Of a stretch of 58,853 nucleotides of DNA, positions 49,323-57,379 are shown piece after piece (within the stretch, counting starts at the first letter, position 1; each line of letters starts with the position of its first letter). The notes under the pieces are model-generated. The model ran no database searches and was not told the origin of the DNA. It saw nothing but the letters and a program-made list of their open reading frames with translations. Origin of the DNA: a virus (Duplodnaviria; Caudoviricetes); IMG/VR virus record IMGVR_UViG_3300023184_006354, positions 1-58,853 of that record. One strand, 5' to 3'. The translations under genes were made by a program, and so were the position numbers.

Positions 49323-49389
49323 GTAAGTATCATACATGGATATTATTGTATTGTCTAGTAAAAAATGCAGACACAGGGATTCGTTTGCT

Positions 49390-49809
49390 TGGACCCGAGA
49401 GGAATTGAACCTCTGTCTTTTAAAAATCTAAATTAAAATACTACAAGTTTAGTTTATTCCGTTAGTTCGCTAAAGAGTCGAATAAACAATTGGTTTTTAG
49501 CTATTCATTTAATAATAAATTTAACCTTGGTCAAATTCATCCCTAATAATTCTTATAAAAAATCAAATGAAAAGGATTATATAAGAATACATCTAATAAC
49601 GCAATATTCCAGTAGATGTGTCGTGGATATCACGCTGTAACTTAGGCTACAGATTCGGTCATCTCAACAAGAGAAACTCTTGCAGAAATATGACCTTTAT
49701 ATTTTGCTGTTTTGGCAGTTAATATAAGTGAAACTTTTTTAGGAGTCCTCGATTCAACCTCCACTTGCATTTCAATTTATTTTCTTAAAATCGAAACCAT
49801 TACGGGCCC
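49390..49809 (-). ncRNA. ssrA: tmRNA (transfer-messenger RNA)
   Basis: 5' GGGCCCG-TAATGGTTTCGA; 3' T-arm AGAGG-TTCAATT-CCTCT then CGGGTCC-A; G3.U alanine determinant; internal tag ORF 49716-49642 after TTAACT; CCA not encoded. Confidence 0.92.
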
Positions 49810-49880
49810 AATGTTAAAGAACTATAATGTATATTACATTAGATTTTGACTTTTATCAATATTTTATGTATAATAGTAGT

Positions 49881-50042
49881 ATGGAAAAGATATATATTTT
49901 ATTAGATCAAATTATTGAAAAAAATATTTGGGAAGATAATATGAGCAAAGATAAAGATGCTACTGGCGACAATTGGGATGTGCATCATTTAAAATTATTA
50001 AGAGCCTTATTAGAACAATATGAAAAAGAAAAAAGCTCATAA
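49881..50042 (+). CDS. Hypothetical protein
   Basis: Start moved to 49881 on the basis of TTGACT-17-TATAAT-6-ATG. Confidence 0.65.
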   Translation: MEKIYILLDQIIEKNIWEDNMSKDKDATGDNWDVHHLKLLRALLEQYEKEKSS

Positions 50043-50286
50043 AGTAAAAGATTTTACAGATAGATCGAATTATTGTATTGCCACTTGTGAGTGGATTGCT
50101 AATAAAGCTTTTAATATCTTGTCTAAACTAGATGAACTAGATAACGATAAATTTTCTTCATCTTATAATAAAAAATTTGAAGAGTACATGAAAGAATTAA
50201 AATATTTATTAAACAAAAGCGATAAAGAAATGCAAACAATGGATAACCTAGAAAAAGAATTAATAGCTCTTCAAAAGAAAAAATAA
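50020..50286 (+). CDS. Hypothetical coiled-coil protein
   Basis: ORF track; co-oriented and overlapping. Confidence 0.6.
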   Translation: MKKKKAHKVKDFTDRSNYCIATCEWIANKAFNILSKLDELDNDKFSSSYNKKFEEYMKELKYLLNKSDKEMQTMDNLEKELIALQKKK

Positions 50287-50287
50287 C

Positions 50288-50452
50288 ATGCCCAAAACCA
50301 AAAGAAAAAAATACTACGCAATCTTATCAAAGAACGATAATTTTCTTCATGGAGTATTTCCCCTATCAAAAGAAGGATATAAAGAGGCGAAAACCTACAT
50401 ACAGAAAATTTCACCAAAAAACCATAAAAATTTCTATATACAAGAAAAATAA
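50288..50452 (+). CDS. Small basic hypothetical protein (54 aa, not in ORF track)
   Basis: MPKTKRKKYYAILSKNDNFLHGVFP...; starts 1 nt after the upstream stop and fills the gap. Confidence 0.6.
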   Translation: MPKTKRKKYYAILSKNDNFLHGVFPLSKEGYKEAKTYIQKISPKNHKNFYIQEK

Positions 50453-50483
50453 TATTATATAGCCCAATAGTGTAAATTATTAT

Positions 50484-50690
50484 GTGAAAGCAGAAATAGC
50501 AATTTGTCAAGAGTTTTCAAATAAGATTCATTATAAAGAGTCAGAAAAAAGTATATTAGTTTTAGTTGATGAAAAATATTTCGAAGACCTAAAGACTCAA
50601 TTAGATAAATTGAACTATAAAGTAATAAGCAAAACTAACCAAGGAACCTCTACTGTAGTCGAGTTTGTTAAGATACATAAAGTTCATTAA
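50484..50690 (+). CDS. Hypothetical protein
   Basis: GTG start preceded by GTGTAA-N8. Confidence 0.6.
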   Translation: MKAEIAICQEFSNKIHYKESEKSILVLVDEKYFEDLKTQLDKLNYKVISKTNQGTSTVVEFVKIHKVH

Positions 50691-50718
50691 TTAAGCTTTT
50701 TTTCGTGTAATAATAGTC

Positions 50719-51021
50719 ATGCCAAGACTATATAGATACGATGGATTTGAAAATGTTGCATTAACAGCAAGCTCTTCTATAAATGGATCATTAATTATAG
50801 CTGCACCTGGAGTAGGATTGAGTATATACTTACTTGGAGCTTCTACTTTTGATGATATCAGATTACATGAAACAAATGGCTCTGGAGCAAATATAGTAAA
50901 TATTGGCGGAGGAATGTCCGATTTTCCATCTACAATAAAAGTAAGAGAAAATACAGGAGTTTGGCTTGTGGCAAGTGCAAGCGCTGGAGTAACTCTTTTT
51001 TATTATATAGATGAAGCTTAA
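50719..51021 (+). CDS. Small beta-rich protein, possibly virion-associated (paralogue of next gene)
   Basis: R.DGFE.VA...IYLLGA...FP.TI.V...V.LFYY shared with 51040-51339; GTGTAA-N8-ATG. Confidence 0.65.
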   Translation: MPRLYRYDGFENVALTASSSINGSLIIAAPGVGLSIYLLGASTFDDIRLHETNGSGANIVNIGGGMSDFPSTIKVRENTGVWLVASASAGVTLFYYIDEA

Positions 51022-51039
51022 AGGTGTAATAATAATATT

Positions 51040-51339
51040 ATGACAGTATTTTTTAGAGATGCAGGTTTTGAAAGCGTAGCTCAAGTGGCTAATACACTTT
51101 TATCTGGAGTAGTATTATCTGGACAAGGAGCAAATACTACAATTTATTTATTAGGAGCAAATGCTCATGCAAATACTACTTTAAAACAAAACGATAATAA
51201 CGGAGCAGTAATAGCTTACGTTCCAGCTGGCAATAATAGTTTTCCTTGTACAATAGCAGTTACTGGAAATAATCATATATTCACTACAACAAATGATGCA
51301 GTTTCTTTATTTTACTACGTTGAATCTGGAATGTTATAA
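51040..51339 (+). CDS. Small beta-rich protein, paralogue of previous gene
   Basis: Same motifs; GTGTAA-N10-ATG. Confidence 0.65.
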   Translation: MTVFFRDAGFESVAQVANTLLSGVVLSGQGANTTIYLLGANAHANTTLKQNDNNGAVIAYVPAGNNSFPCTIAVTGNNHIFTTTNDAVSLFYYVESGML

Positions 51340-51342
51340 TAC

Positions 51343-52473
51343 ATGAAAAATTTAGAAATTGATTTCACTTCTATTTTAGCAGAAAAGAAAAAAGGTAAAG
51401 CTCCACTTAATAAACCATTTAGACTTCCAGCTGGAAGCAAAAAGAAATTCGGTGTTTATGTTAAAAACGATAAAGGTAATATTGTAAAAGTTACTTTTGG
51501 TGATCCAAATATGTCTATCAAAAGAGATAATCCAGAAAGACGAAAGTCTTATAGAGCAAGACATGGTTGTGATAATCCTGGACCAAAATATAAAGCTAAT
51601 TATTGGAGTTGCAAAATGTGGAGCGCAAAACCAGTTAGCAAAATTACTGGAAGTGAAGAAGAAGTTACTTTAGAAGCAGACATTCAAGCTAAAAATAAAG
51701 GTCTTTGGTATAACATTCAACAAAAGAAAAAAAGAATGGGTAAAAATTATCGCCCAGCAAAACCAGGATCTCCAGATCGCCCAACTCCAGAAGCACTTAA
51801 AAAAGCTCAAGCAGAAGATTATTTTAATGAAGAATATGAATGGGATGGTGAAACAGAATTTAATCAAGCTGATCTAATTGGTCCAGAATTAAATAATATA
51901 GAAGAAGTTGATTCTCCAGAGGAAGAATTGCAAGATTATAAAGAAGATTTTTATGGTATGATTGTTGGTTCAATTACCTCAATTCAAGTTCACGCACAAA
52001 ATATTTTAAATAAATTAAATGATCCAATGGTACAAGAAAATCTAACAGAACCATTCTTACAACAAATGGCCGCTCTTGCAGAAGATTATATGATCACAAT
52101 TCATAACTATGTAATGTTTAATAAAGAAGAAGCTCAAGCACAAGAAATGATGAATGGTCCAATGGATCATCATTGTATGTTTAATGTTGGAGATAAAGTT
52201 AGAAATATTAATGCTATGTGCAAGCATTATGGCAGCGAAGGCACAGTCAAAGAAATTCGCCAACTTCCAGAAGATATGGGTTATGGAGTTGTATACGAAT
52301 GTTCAAATAATGGATCAACTTGGAAAGCTGGCGATATGCTTGCTAAAACAGAAGTACAACTTCAAAAAATTAGCGAAGCAAAATGGACAAAAGAATACAA
52401 AGACAGCATAGATTGCAATAATCCAAAAGGCTTTTCTCAAAGAGCGCACTGCCAAAGTTTAAAAAAGAAATAA
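51343..52473 (+). CDS. Mosaic protein of short phage modules (DUF6321-like N-terminus)
   Basis: LNKPFR...KKF.VYVKN..G....V.FGD..M.IK..NP.RRKS.RARH.C....YWSC; GLWYNI..K; KW..YK.SIDC.NPKGFSQRAHC. Confidence 0.65.
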   Translation: MKNLEIDFTSILAEKKKGKAPLNKPFRLPAGSKKKFGVYVKNDKGNIVKVTFGDPNMSIKRDNPERRKSYRARHGCDNPGPKYKANYWSCKMWSAKPVSKITGSEEEVTLEADIQAKNKGLWYNIQQKKKRMGKNYRPAKPGSPDRPTPEALKKAQAEDYFNEEYEWDGETEFNQADLIGPELNNIEEVDSPEEELQDYKEDFYGMIVGSITSIQVHAQNILNKLNDPMVQENLTEPFLQQMAALAEDYMITIHNYVMFNKEEAQAQEMMNGPMDHHCMFNVGDKVRNINAMCKHYGSEGTVKEIRQLPEDMGYGVVYECSNNGSTWKAGDMLAKTEVQLQKISEAKWTKEYKDSIDCNNPKGFSQRAHCQSLKKK

Positions 52474-52509
52474 TATAGAATATACTATAATAACTATATA
52501 TCATATATA

Positions 52510-53247
52510 GTGATAATATATCAAGCCACGCAAGGAAGATTATATCCTAAAGTAGTAGATGCAATTTTAAACAATATTCCTTTAGACATAAAATTCACTG
52601 AATTTCATTATCATTTATTAATTGAAGATAATCAATACGAAAATTCAAATAACGTATTGAAAATGATACCTAAAGATGTAAAACATAGTAGATATGATGG
52701 ATTTTTATATGGCGTTTTTCCTTCAACACAATTAAATAGACGACAAAATGATTTTGTATTTACAATAATTGGACATCCAGTTAAGAAAATATATGATCTT
52801 TATGCGTATTGGATTTTTACAAGAAAACAATTTGGACCAAGAGAGGTTAATTATGTAACAGAAGCTGAAAGAAAAAATCCAGCTAAATTATGGTCGGCAG
52901 AAGCAGAAGTTTTTAAATATGGAGAAGATTATTCTTTAGAAAAATACATAGATGAGGTTTTAGAAGGAAAGCAATTCAATATTCAATACAAAGATGTTAA
53001 ATATCAATTTATTTCAGAATTATTTTATGGACATACAAGTTATAAGGATTTTGATTATGTTGGATCATTTGATAATTTAAAATTGACTTTTGAAAAATTA
53101 AGCAAAGTTTTTAAAAAAGATATGCCACATCCAACAGATAATAGAGCATATTCATATAGTGGAGAACTTTACAGACTAAAAGATTTAGAAAATATGTTTA
53201 AAGAAGAAATTAAATTTTATGATCATATATCAAGCAATGGCTGGTAG
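52510..53247 (+). CDS. Sulfotransferase-family-2-like protein (divergent), paralogue 1
   Basis: FVFTIIGHPV...Y..Y and FDYVG..DNL...F..L resemble the F.F..VR.P..R..S.Y and FDFIG..E.L motifs. Confidence 0.5.
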   Translation: MIIYQATQGRLYPKVVDAILNNIPLDIKFTEFHYHLLIEDNQYENSNNVLKMIPKDVKHSRYDGFLYGVFPSTQLNRRQNDFVFTIIGHPVKKIYDLYAYWIFTRKQFGPREVNYVTEAERKNPAKLWSAEAEVFKYGEDYSLEKYIDEVLEGKQFNIQYKDVKYQFISELFYGHTSYKDFDYVGSFDNLKLTFEKLSKVFKKDMPHPTDNRAYSYSGELYRLKDLENMFKEEIKFYDHISSNGW

Positions 53248-54001
53248 ACTATATCCAAAAGTTACTTACAGCATTTTAAATAGTATACCTAGCATTATGC
53301 AAGTAACTGAATTTCACTATCCATATCAATTAATAGACTCAAAATTCTATACAGATGCAGATAATATTATGGAAATGATACCGAGAGATCTTAAACATTT
53401 AAGGCATGATGGATTTTTATATGGAGTTTTTCCAACTTGTAATTTAAATAAAAAAAATGAAGATTTTCTATTTACTATTTTAAATCATCCAGTAGATAAT
53501 ATATATGAACTTTACACTTATTGGAAATTTACAAGGAAAGGCGAAGGACCAAGAGTTACAGAAAAAGTTATATGGGATTCACAATCAAAAGAAACTACAA
53601 TAGAAAAAGGATGGAGGCCATTATATACGCCAGAAAGAAAAGTTTACAGAAGTAGCCAAGATTATTCCTTAGAAGAATATATTGAAAAAATTTTAAATCA
53701 TGAAATTATTATTTTACAGTATGGTAATGTACAATATGAATTCATGAAAGAAATGTTTTACGGATTTGAAAATATAAAAAATTTTAATTTTATTGGAAAA
53801 TATAGCGATTTAAATCATTCGTTTAAAAAACTTTCAAAGATTTTTAATTGTGAAATAAAAAATTTACCACATCCATTTTCTAAAAACGATTCAAAAACTA
53901 ACGCTTATATTGGAGATCAATATAAAAGAAATGAATTAGAAGAATTGTTTAAAAAAGAAATAGAATTCTATAACAACTTAAATGAAATTTTCCCTGAATA
54001 A
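53219..54001 (+). CDS. Sulfotransferase-family-2-like protein (divergent), paralogue 2
   Basis: Clear paralogue of the previous gene (MIIYQA..GRLYPKV, DGFLYGVFP, DYSLE.YI). Confidence 0.5.
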   Translation: MIIYQAMAGRLYPKVTYSILNSIPSIMQVTEFHYPYQLIDSKFYTDADNIMEMIPRDLKHLRHDGFLYGVFPTCNLNKKNEDFLFTILNHPVDNIYELYTYWKFTRKGEGPRVTEKVIWDSQSKETTIEKGWRPLYTPERKVYRSSQDYSLEEYIEKILNHEIIILQYGNVQYEFMKEMFYGFENIKNFNFIGKYSDLNHSFKKLSKIFNCEIKNLPHPFSKNDSKTNAYIGDQYKRNELEELFKKEIEFYNNLNEIFPE

Positions 54002-54776
54002 AGAAAACTCTTTAATAAAAGAAGATATAAAAATTGAAGCTTTTTTTGTTTATAAAAACGAAGAAGAAATGAATTATTATAAAAAATTTATAGTGCCAGC
54101 AGACTCAAAAAGAGAATGGATGAATGAAGATTCTATTAAGTTTATTTATAATTGTATTCCAGTAGTATCTGCAAATAGTATGGGTTGGTGGATTTTAAAT
54201 AATCAAGATATAGAAGTCAGATGGAACGGAGGAGCATCAGCATCTGATATAGAGATAAAAAATTTAACAGAAGAAAAACATTACCAATTATGTTCAAGTC
54301 ATTTTGGTTCTGGAATATTAACTTTTAATATGGCAATTCTTTTTAAAACTCCTCCAGCTTGGGGCTTATGGGTAGGAGGCCCATCTAATATATTTATAGA
54401 TGGATTATTTGCGTTAGAAGGTATAGTAGAAACAAATTGGTCGCCTTTCACTTTTACAATGAATTATAAAATAACTAGAGCTAATCATTGGATTAAAATA
54501 CCTAAACTTCATCCAATTTGTAGAATTATGCCAATCCCACTTAATTTAAACGATAAGTCAAAATTAGATTTAAAACATTTAAAAGAAAATTCAAATTTAG
54601 AACAAAAACATTTTGAATGGCTTCATGCCAGAAAAAAACATATTAAAGATATGGATGAAGGAAACACTAACGAAAGAATGAATCATTATAAAAATGGAAC
54701 AGATGTAAAAGGGTGTCCATTTCTTGGAATGCATAAACTTTTATATAAGTACTCTAAACCAAATGATAATATCTAA
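53982..54776 (+). CDS. DUF6065-like protein
   Basis: REWM....Y.C.P...AN..GW, SHFG.GILTF, F.TP..W.L...GP.N, LEG.VET.W.PFTFTMN. Confidence 0.75.
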   Translation: MKFSLNKENSLIKEDIKIEAFFVYKNEEEMNYYKKFIVPADSKREWMNEDSIKFIYNCIPVVSANSMGWWILNNQDIEVRWNGGASASDIEIKNLTEEKHYQLCSSHFGSGILTFNMAILFKTPPAWGLWVGGPSNIFIDGLFALEGIVETNWSPFTFTMNYKITRANHWIKIPKLHPICRIMPIPLNLNDKSKLDLKHLKENSNLEQKHFEWLHARKKHIKDMDEGNTNERMNHYKNGTDVKGCPFLGMHKLLYKYSKPNDNI

Positions 54777-55116
54777 TAAAATTAAATTTTTTGGCTTTTA
54801 TTTTTATGATTGTGATTATGATAAAAAAAATCATAAATTTAATATACTTTTAGCAGGAAGCAAAAGTGCAGATGAAGGCTTTATATTAAGTCAATTCACA
54901 TCACGAGCAGATATAGAAGAAAATACAAATTATGCTTATCATGCAATAAATCTAAAAATGCTTCATGAAATATTAGATGAAATTTTTAATAAAATAAAAA
55001 ATCCTAAAAATAAATTCATTTTAATGTGTGAAGATGATATAGATATGGATAAAATGACCAATATACTTGACAAATGGAGAAATGATATTATAATGTTAAA
55101 TAGGGAAAATGTTTAA
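54763..55116 (+). CDS. Hypothetical protein
   Basis: ORF track; ATG at 54763 chosen to minimise overlap. Confidence 0.55.
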   Translation: MIISNKIKFFGFYFYDCDYDKKNHKFNILLAGSKSADEGFILSQFTSRADIEENTNYAYHAINLKMLHEILDEIFNKIKNPKNKFILMCEDDIDMDKMTNILDKWRNDIIMLNRENV

Positions 55117-55119
55117 TTT

Positions 55120-55191
55120 TCCCAAATAGCTCAATGGTAGAGCACTTCGCTGTTAACGAGGCTGTTCTAGGTTCAAATCCTAGTTTGGGAG
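55120..55191 (+). tRNA. tRNA-Asn (GTT)
   Basis: Acceptor TCCCAAA/TTTGGGA, D-arm GCTC..GAGC, anticodon loop CTGTTAA, T-loop TTCAAAT, discriminator G; no CCA. Upstream promoter TTGACA(55067)-16-TATAAT. Confidence 0.92.
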
Positions 55192-55193
55192 CT

Positions 55194-55280
55194 GGGGCGA
55201 TGGTTGAGCGGTTTAAAACAGCAGTTTACTAAACTGCCGATGGAGAAATCCATTCGTAGGTTCGAATCCTACTCGCCCCG
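55194..55280 (+). tRNA. tRNA-Ser (ACT), class II with long variable arm
   Basis: Acceptor GGGGCGA/TCGCCCC, anticodon stem GCAGT/ACTGC with loop TTACTAA, variable arm ATGGA-GAAA-TCCAT, T-arm GTAGG-TTCGAAT-CCTAC, G73. Confidence 0.9.
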
Positions 55281-55324
55281 AAATTTATTAGAGATTTTTT
55301 ATTGTTTCTTATATAATAATTAAT

Positions 55325-55618
55325 ATGAATAAAATTAAAACATTAGCATTAATTGCATTACTCTCAGTCTCTTTAGGGCTAGCTGATACAGGTACTCAAG
55401 ACGAATCTACTCCAGTAGCAGATGGTTTTTTATGTGCTGGCGATCTAGTATTTGTTCGTCCAATTTCAACCGCAGCAACTATTGGTGCATTTGGAATCTT
55501 TGCGGTAGTAGCACCATTTACTGAAATGGCTGGATGCACAGAAGAAACTTACGAAGGTCTTGTAGAAAAGACTGGAAAGTTTTCTTTTGATCGTGATCTT
55601 GGCGATTTCAACAAGTAA
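55325..55618 (+). CDS. Exported/membrane protein
   Basis: Signal peptide; DLVFVRP..AAT.G...F.V..PF hydrophobic hairpin. Confidence 0.65.
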   Translation: MNKIKTLALIALLSVSLGLADTGTQDESTPVADGFLCAGDLVFVRPISTAATIGAFGIFAVVAPFTEMAGCTEETYEGLVEKTGKFSFDRDLGDFNK

Positions 55619-55645
55619 TATTTACTAACAAAAAAATCCCAAATA
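55619..55645 (+). repeat. 27-bp motif copy (TATTTRYKAAC-N10-CAAATA)
   Basis: TATTTACTAACAAAAAAATCCCAAATA differs at 2 of 27 positions from the copy at 56231. Confidence 0.65.
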
Positions 55646-55687
55646 TATAAAACTTGACAAAGTTTATATATTCTATATAATACTTTT

Positions 55688-55867
55688 ATGAGATATATTT
55701 TGTCTTATGGATTGTACATTATAGGAGATATAATAAGCATGACAATTATGAATTGGGGTGATGGATATGGGTATAAAATTTATAATAAAGTTATGCTTTG
55801 GAGCGTTAATCTAGATGAAGAAGGCAGAATTTGGAAACGAGTTAAAAGTAAAAAGAAAAAACTATAA
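55688..55867 (+). CDS. Small hypothetical protein (59 aa, not in ORF track)
   Basis: TTGACA-16-TATAAT-6-ATG; MRYILSYGLYIIGDIIS...KKKKL. Confidence 0.65.
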   Translation: MRYILSYGLYIIGDIISMTIMNWGDGYGYKIYNKVMLWSVNLDEEGRIWKRVKSKKKKL

Positions 55868-55868
55868 A

Positions 55869-56165
55869 ATGAACTGGATTAAGATATTAAATTTTATTGA
55901 TGGAGTTTTTGAAGAAGAAAAAGAACAACCAATCTTAGGAACTCTTTATAAGATTAAAGGGGAAGATCTTCCATTTAGATATATTAGATTTATGAATGTT
56001 AATTACTCAAATAAGCCAGTATATCATTTCAAACATCACCAATTGAAAGAATATAAGTTTAATGATTTATCTAAAGTAGAAAGAAAAGCTAATCAAAAAG
56101 AAATAAATATTTATAATGATATCAAAGATCATGTAAATGAAATTGCAAAAAATTTTAAAAGTTAA
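55869..56165 (+). CDS. Hypothetical protein
   Basis: ATG 1 nt after the upstream stop (MNWIKIL...). Confidence 0.6.
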   Translation: MNWIKILNFIDGVFEEEKEQPILGTLYKIKGEDLPFRYIRFMNVNYSNKPVYHFKHHQLKEYKFNDLSKVERKANQKEINIYNDIKDHVNEIAKNFKS

Positions 56166-56257
56166 TTTGTGAACCTGATTTTTGCAAATAAAGAGCTATT
56201 TACGAACACGAAAACGCCAAATAAATAGTCTATTTGCTAACGAAAAAATCCCAAATA
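56164..56257 (+). repeat. Three tandem degenerate 27-bp motifs (33-34 bp period)
   Basis: Copies start at 56164, 56197 and 56231. Confidence 0.6.
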
Positions 56258-56433
56258 TGAACACAAATGAGCCAAATAAAGGAGCTGGAAAAGGTGATAA
56301 ACCTCGAAATTGTTTCTCTGATAGGTTTAAGAAAAACTATGACAGCATAGAATGGAAAAATGAAAATCATAAGTCATTGATTAAAAAAGAATTAAAAAAC
56401 CATAATGGTTCAGCTACATACATTTACAAATAA
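56257..56433 (+). CDS. Small hypothetical protein (GKGDKPR motif)
   Basis: MNTNEPNKGAGKGDKPR...F..NYD.I.W; ATG at 56257. Confidence 0.6.
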   Translation: MNTNEPNKGAGKGDKPRNCFSDRFKKNYDSIEWKNENHKSLIKKELKNHNGSATYIYK

Positions 56434-56479
56434 TATATAGAGTATTGACAGATTTGACAAAAAGTAATATACTCTTACT

Positions 56480-57379
56480 ATGAGAAAAGGAGTTTGTTGT
56501 ATTGTATTAAGTCTAACTGAACAAGATAATCCTATCAAGTTCAATACTATGACTTATGCTCGTTTTTCTGCTATGTCTAGATCAGAAGCGTTATCTACTC
56601 TTTCTTCTAGAATATTAAACAATATGCTTACTACATATCACTATATCAAATATTGTGCTGACCATAATCATACTTATAGAATTTCTTCTGATCTATTTCC
56701 TCTTATTACTTATGACAAAGCAAATGTAAAGCTAGAAGATTTACCAGACTATCATAAAATATTAGTATCATTTGATAGTATCAAACATCTTATTCAATCT
56801 AGGAATGTAAGAGTATCTTGCCATCCTAGTGAATTTAATGTTCTTGCAAGTGACAACGAAAATGCAATCACTAAAACAATCAAAGAATTAAATCACTATG
56901 GTTGGTTTATGACTCAAATTGGTTGTCCACTAAACTATGATGCACCTATGAATATGCACATACATAATTCCAAGGGCAATCTAAATGATATAGTAAAGAA
57001 GTTTATGAGCAACTTTCAAAGACTATCAGATGATGTTAAGTCTAGATTAGTAATTGAGAATGATGATAAAGATACTTGCTGGTCAGTTAAGAAACTTATG
57101 AAGTATTTTCATTCTGTATCTAATATTCCTATTACCTTTGATTATCTTCACCACAAATGCCATCCAGATAATCTATCAGAGGAACAAGCATTTCATCTTG
57201 CACGAATTACTTGGGGCAATCATACTCCACTATTTCATTATTCAGAAAGCATTGATGGTCATAAGAATCCACGCAAACACGCAGACTACGCAAAGTCCTT
57301 GCCAAATACTTATGGTTATGATAATATAGATGTCGATTTTGAATTAAAGATGAAAGAACAATCTTTTGCTAAATTATGA
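56480..57379 (+). CDS. uvsE: UV damage endonuclease (UvsE/UVDE)
   Basis: YRISSDLFP, SCHPSEF.VL.S, RLVIENDD, PITFDYLHH, PLFHYSE, HADY, ELK.KE; promoter TTGACA-17-TATACT-6-ATG. Confidence 0.92.
   Translation: MRKGVCCIVLSLTEQDNPIKFNTMTYARFSAMSRSEALSTLSSRILNNMLTTYHYIKYCADHNHTYRISSDLFPLITYDKANVKLEDLPDYHKILVSFDSIKHLIQSRNVRVSCHPSEFNVLASDNENAITKTIKELNHYGWFMTQIGCPLNYDAPMNMHIHNSKGNLNDIVKKFMSNFQRLSDDVKSRLVIENDDKDTCWSVKKLMKYFHSVSNIPITFDYLHHKCHPDNLSEEQAFHLARITWGNHTPLFHYSESIDGHKNPRKHADYAKSLPNTYGYDNIDVDFELKMKEQSFAKL

Noticed and set aside
49390-49420. Stand-alone tRNA fragment or attachment site
   Set aside because: The T-arm and acceptor half pair with a matching 5' end about 420 nt away and enclose a tag ORF, so it is the tmRNA 3' end.
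55619-56257. CRISPR mini-array
   Set aside because: The repeats are degenerate and separated by only 6-7 nt, with no spacer-length unique sequence and no cas operon. The Cas4-like gene fits a replication exonuclease.
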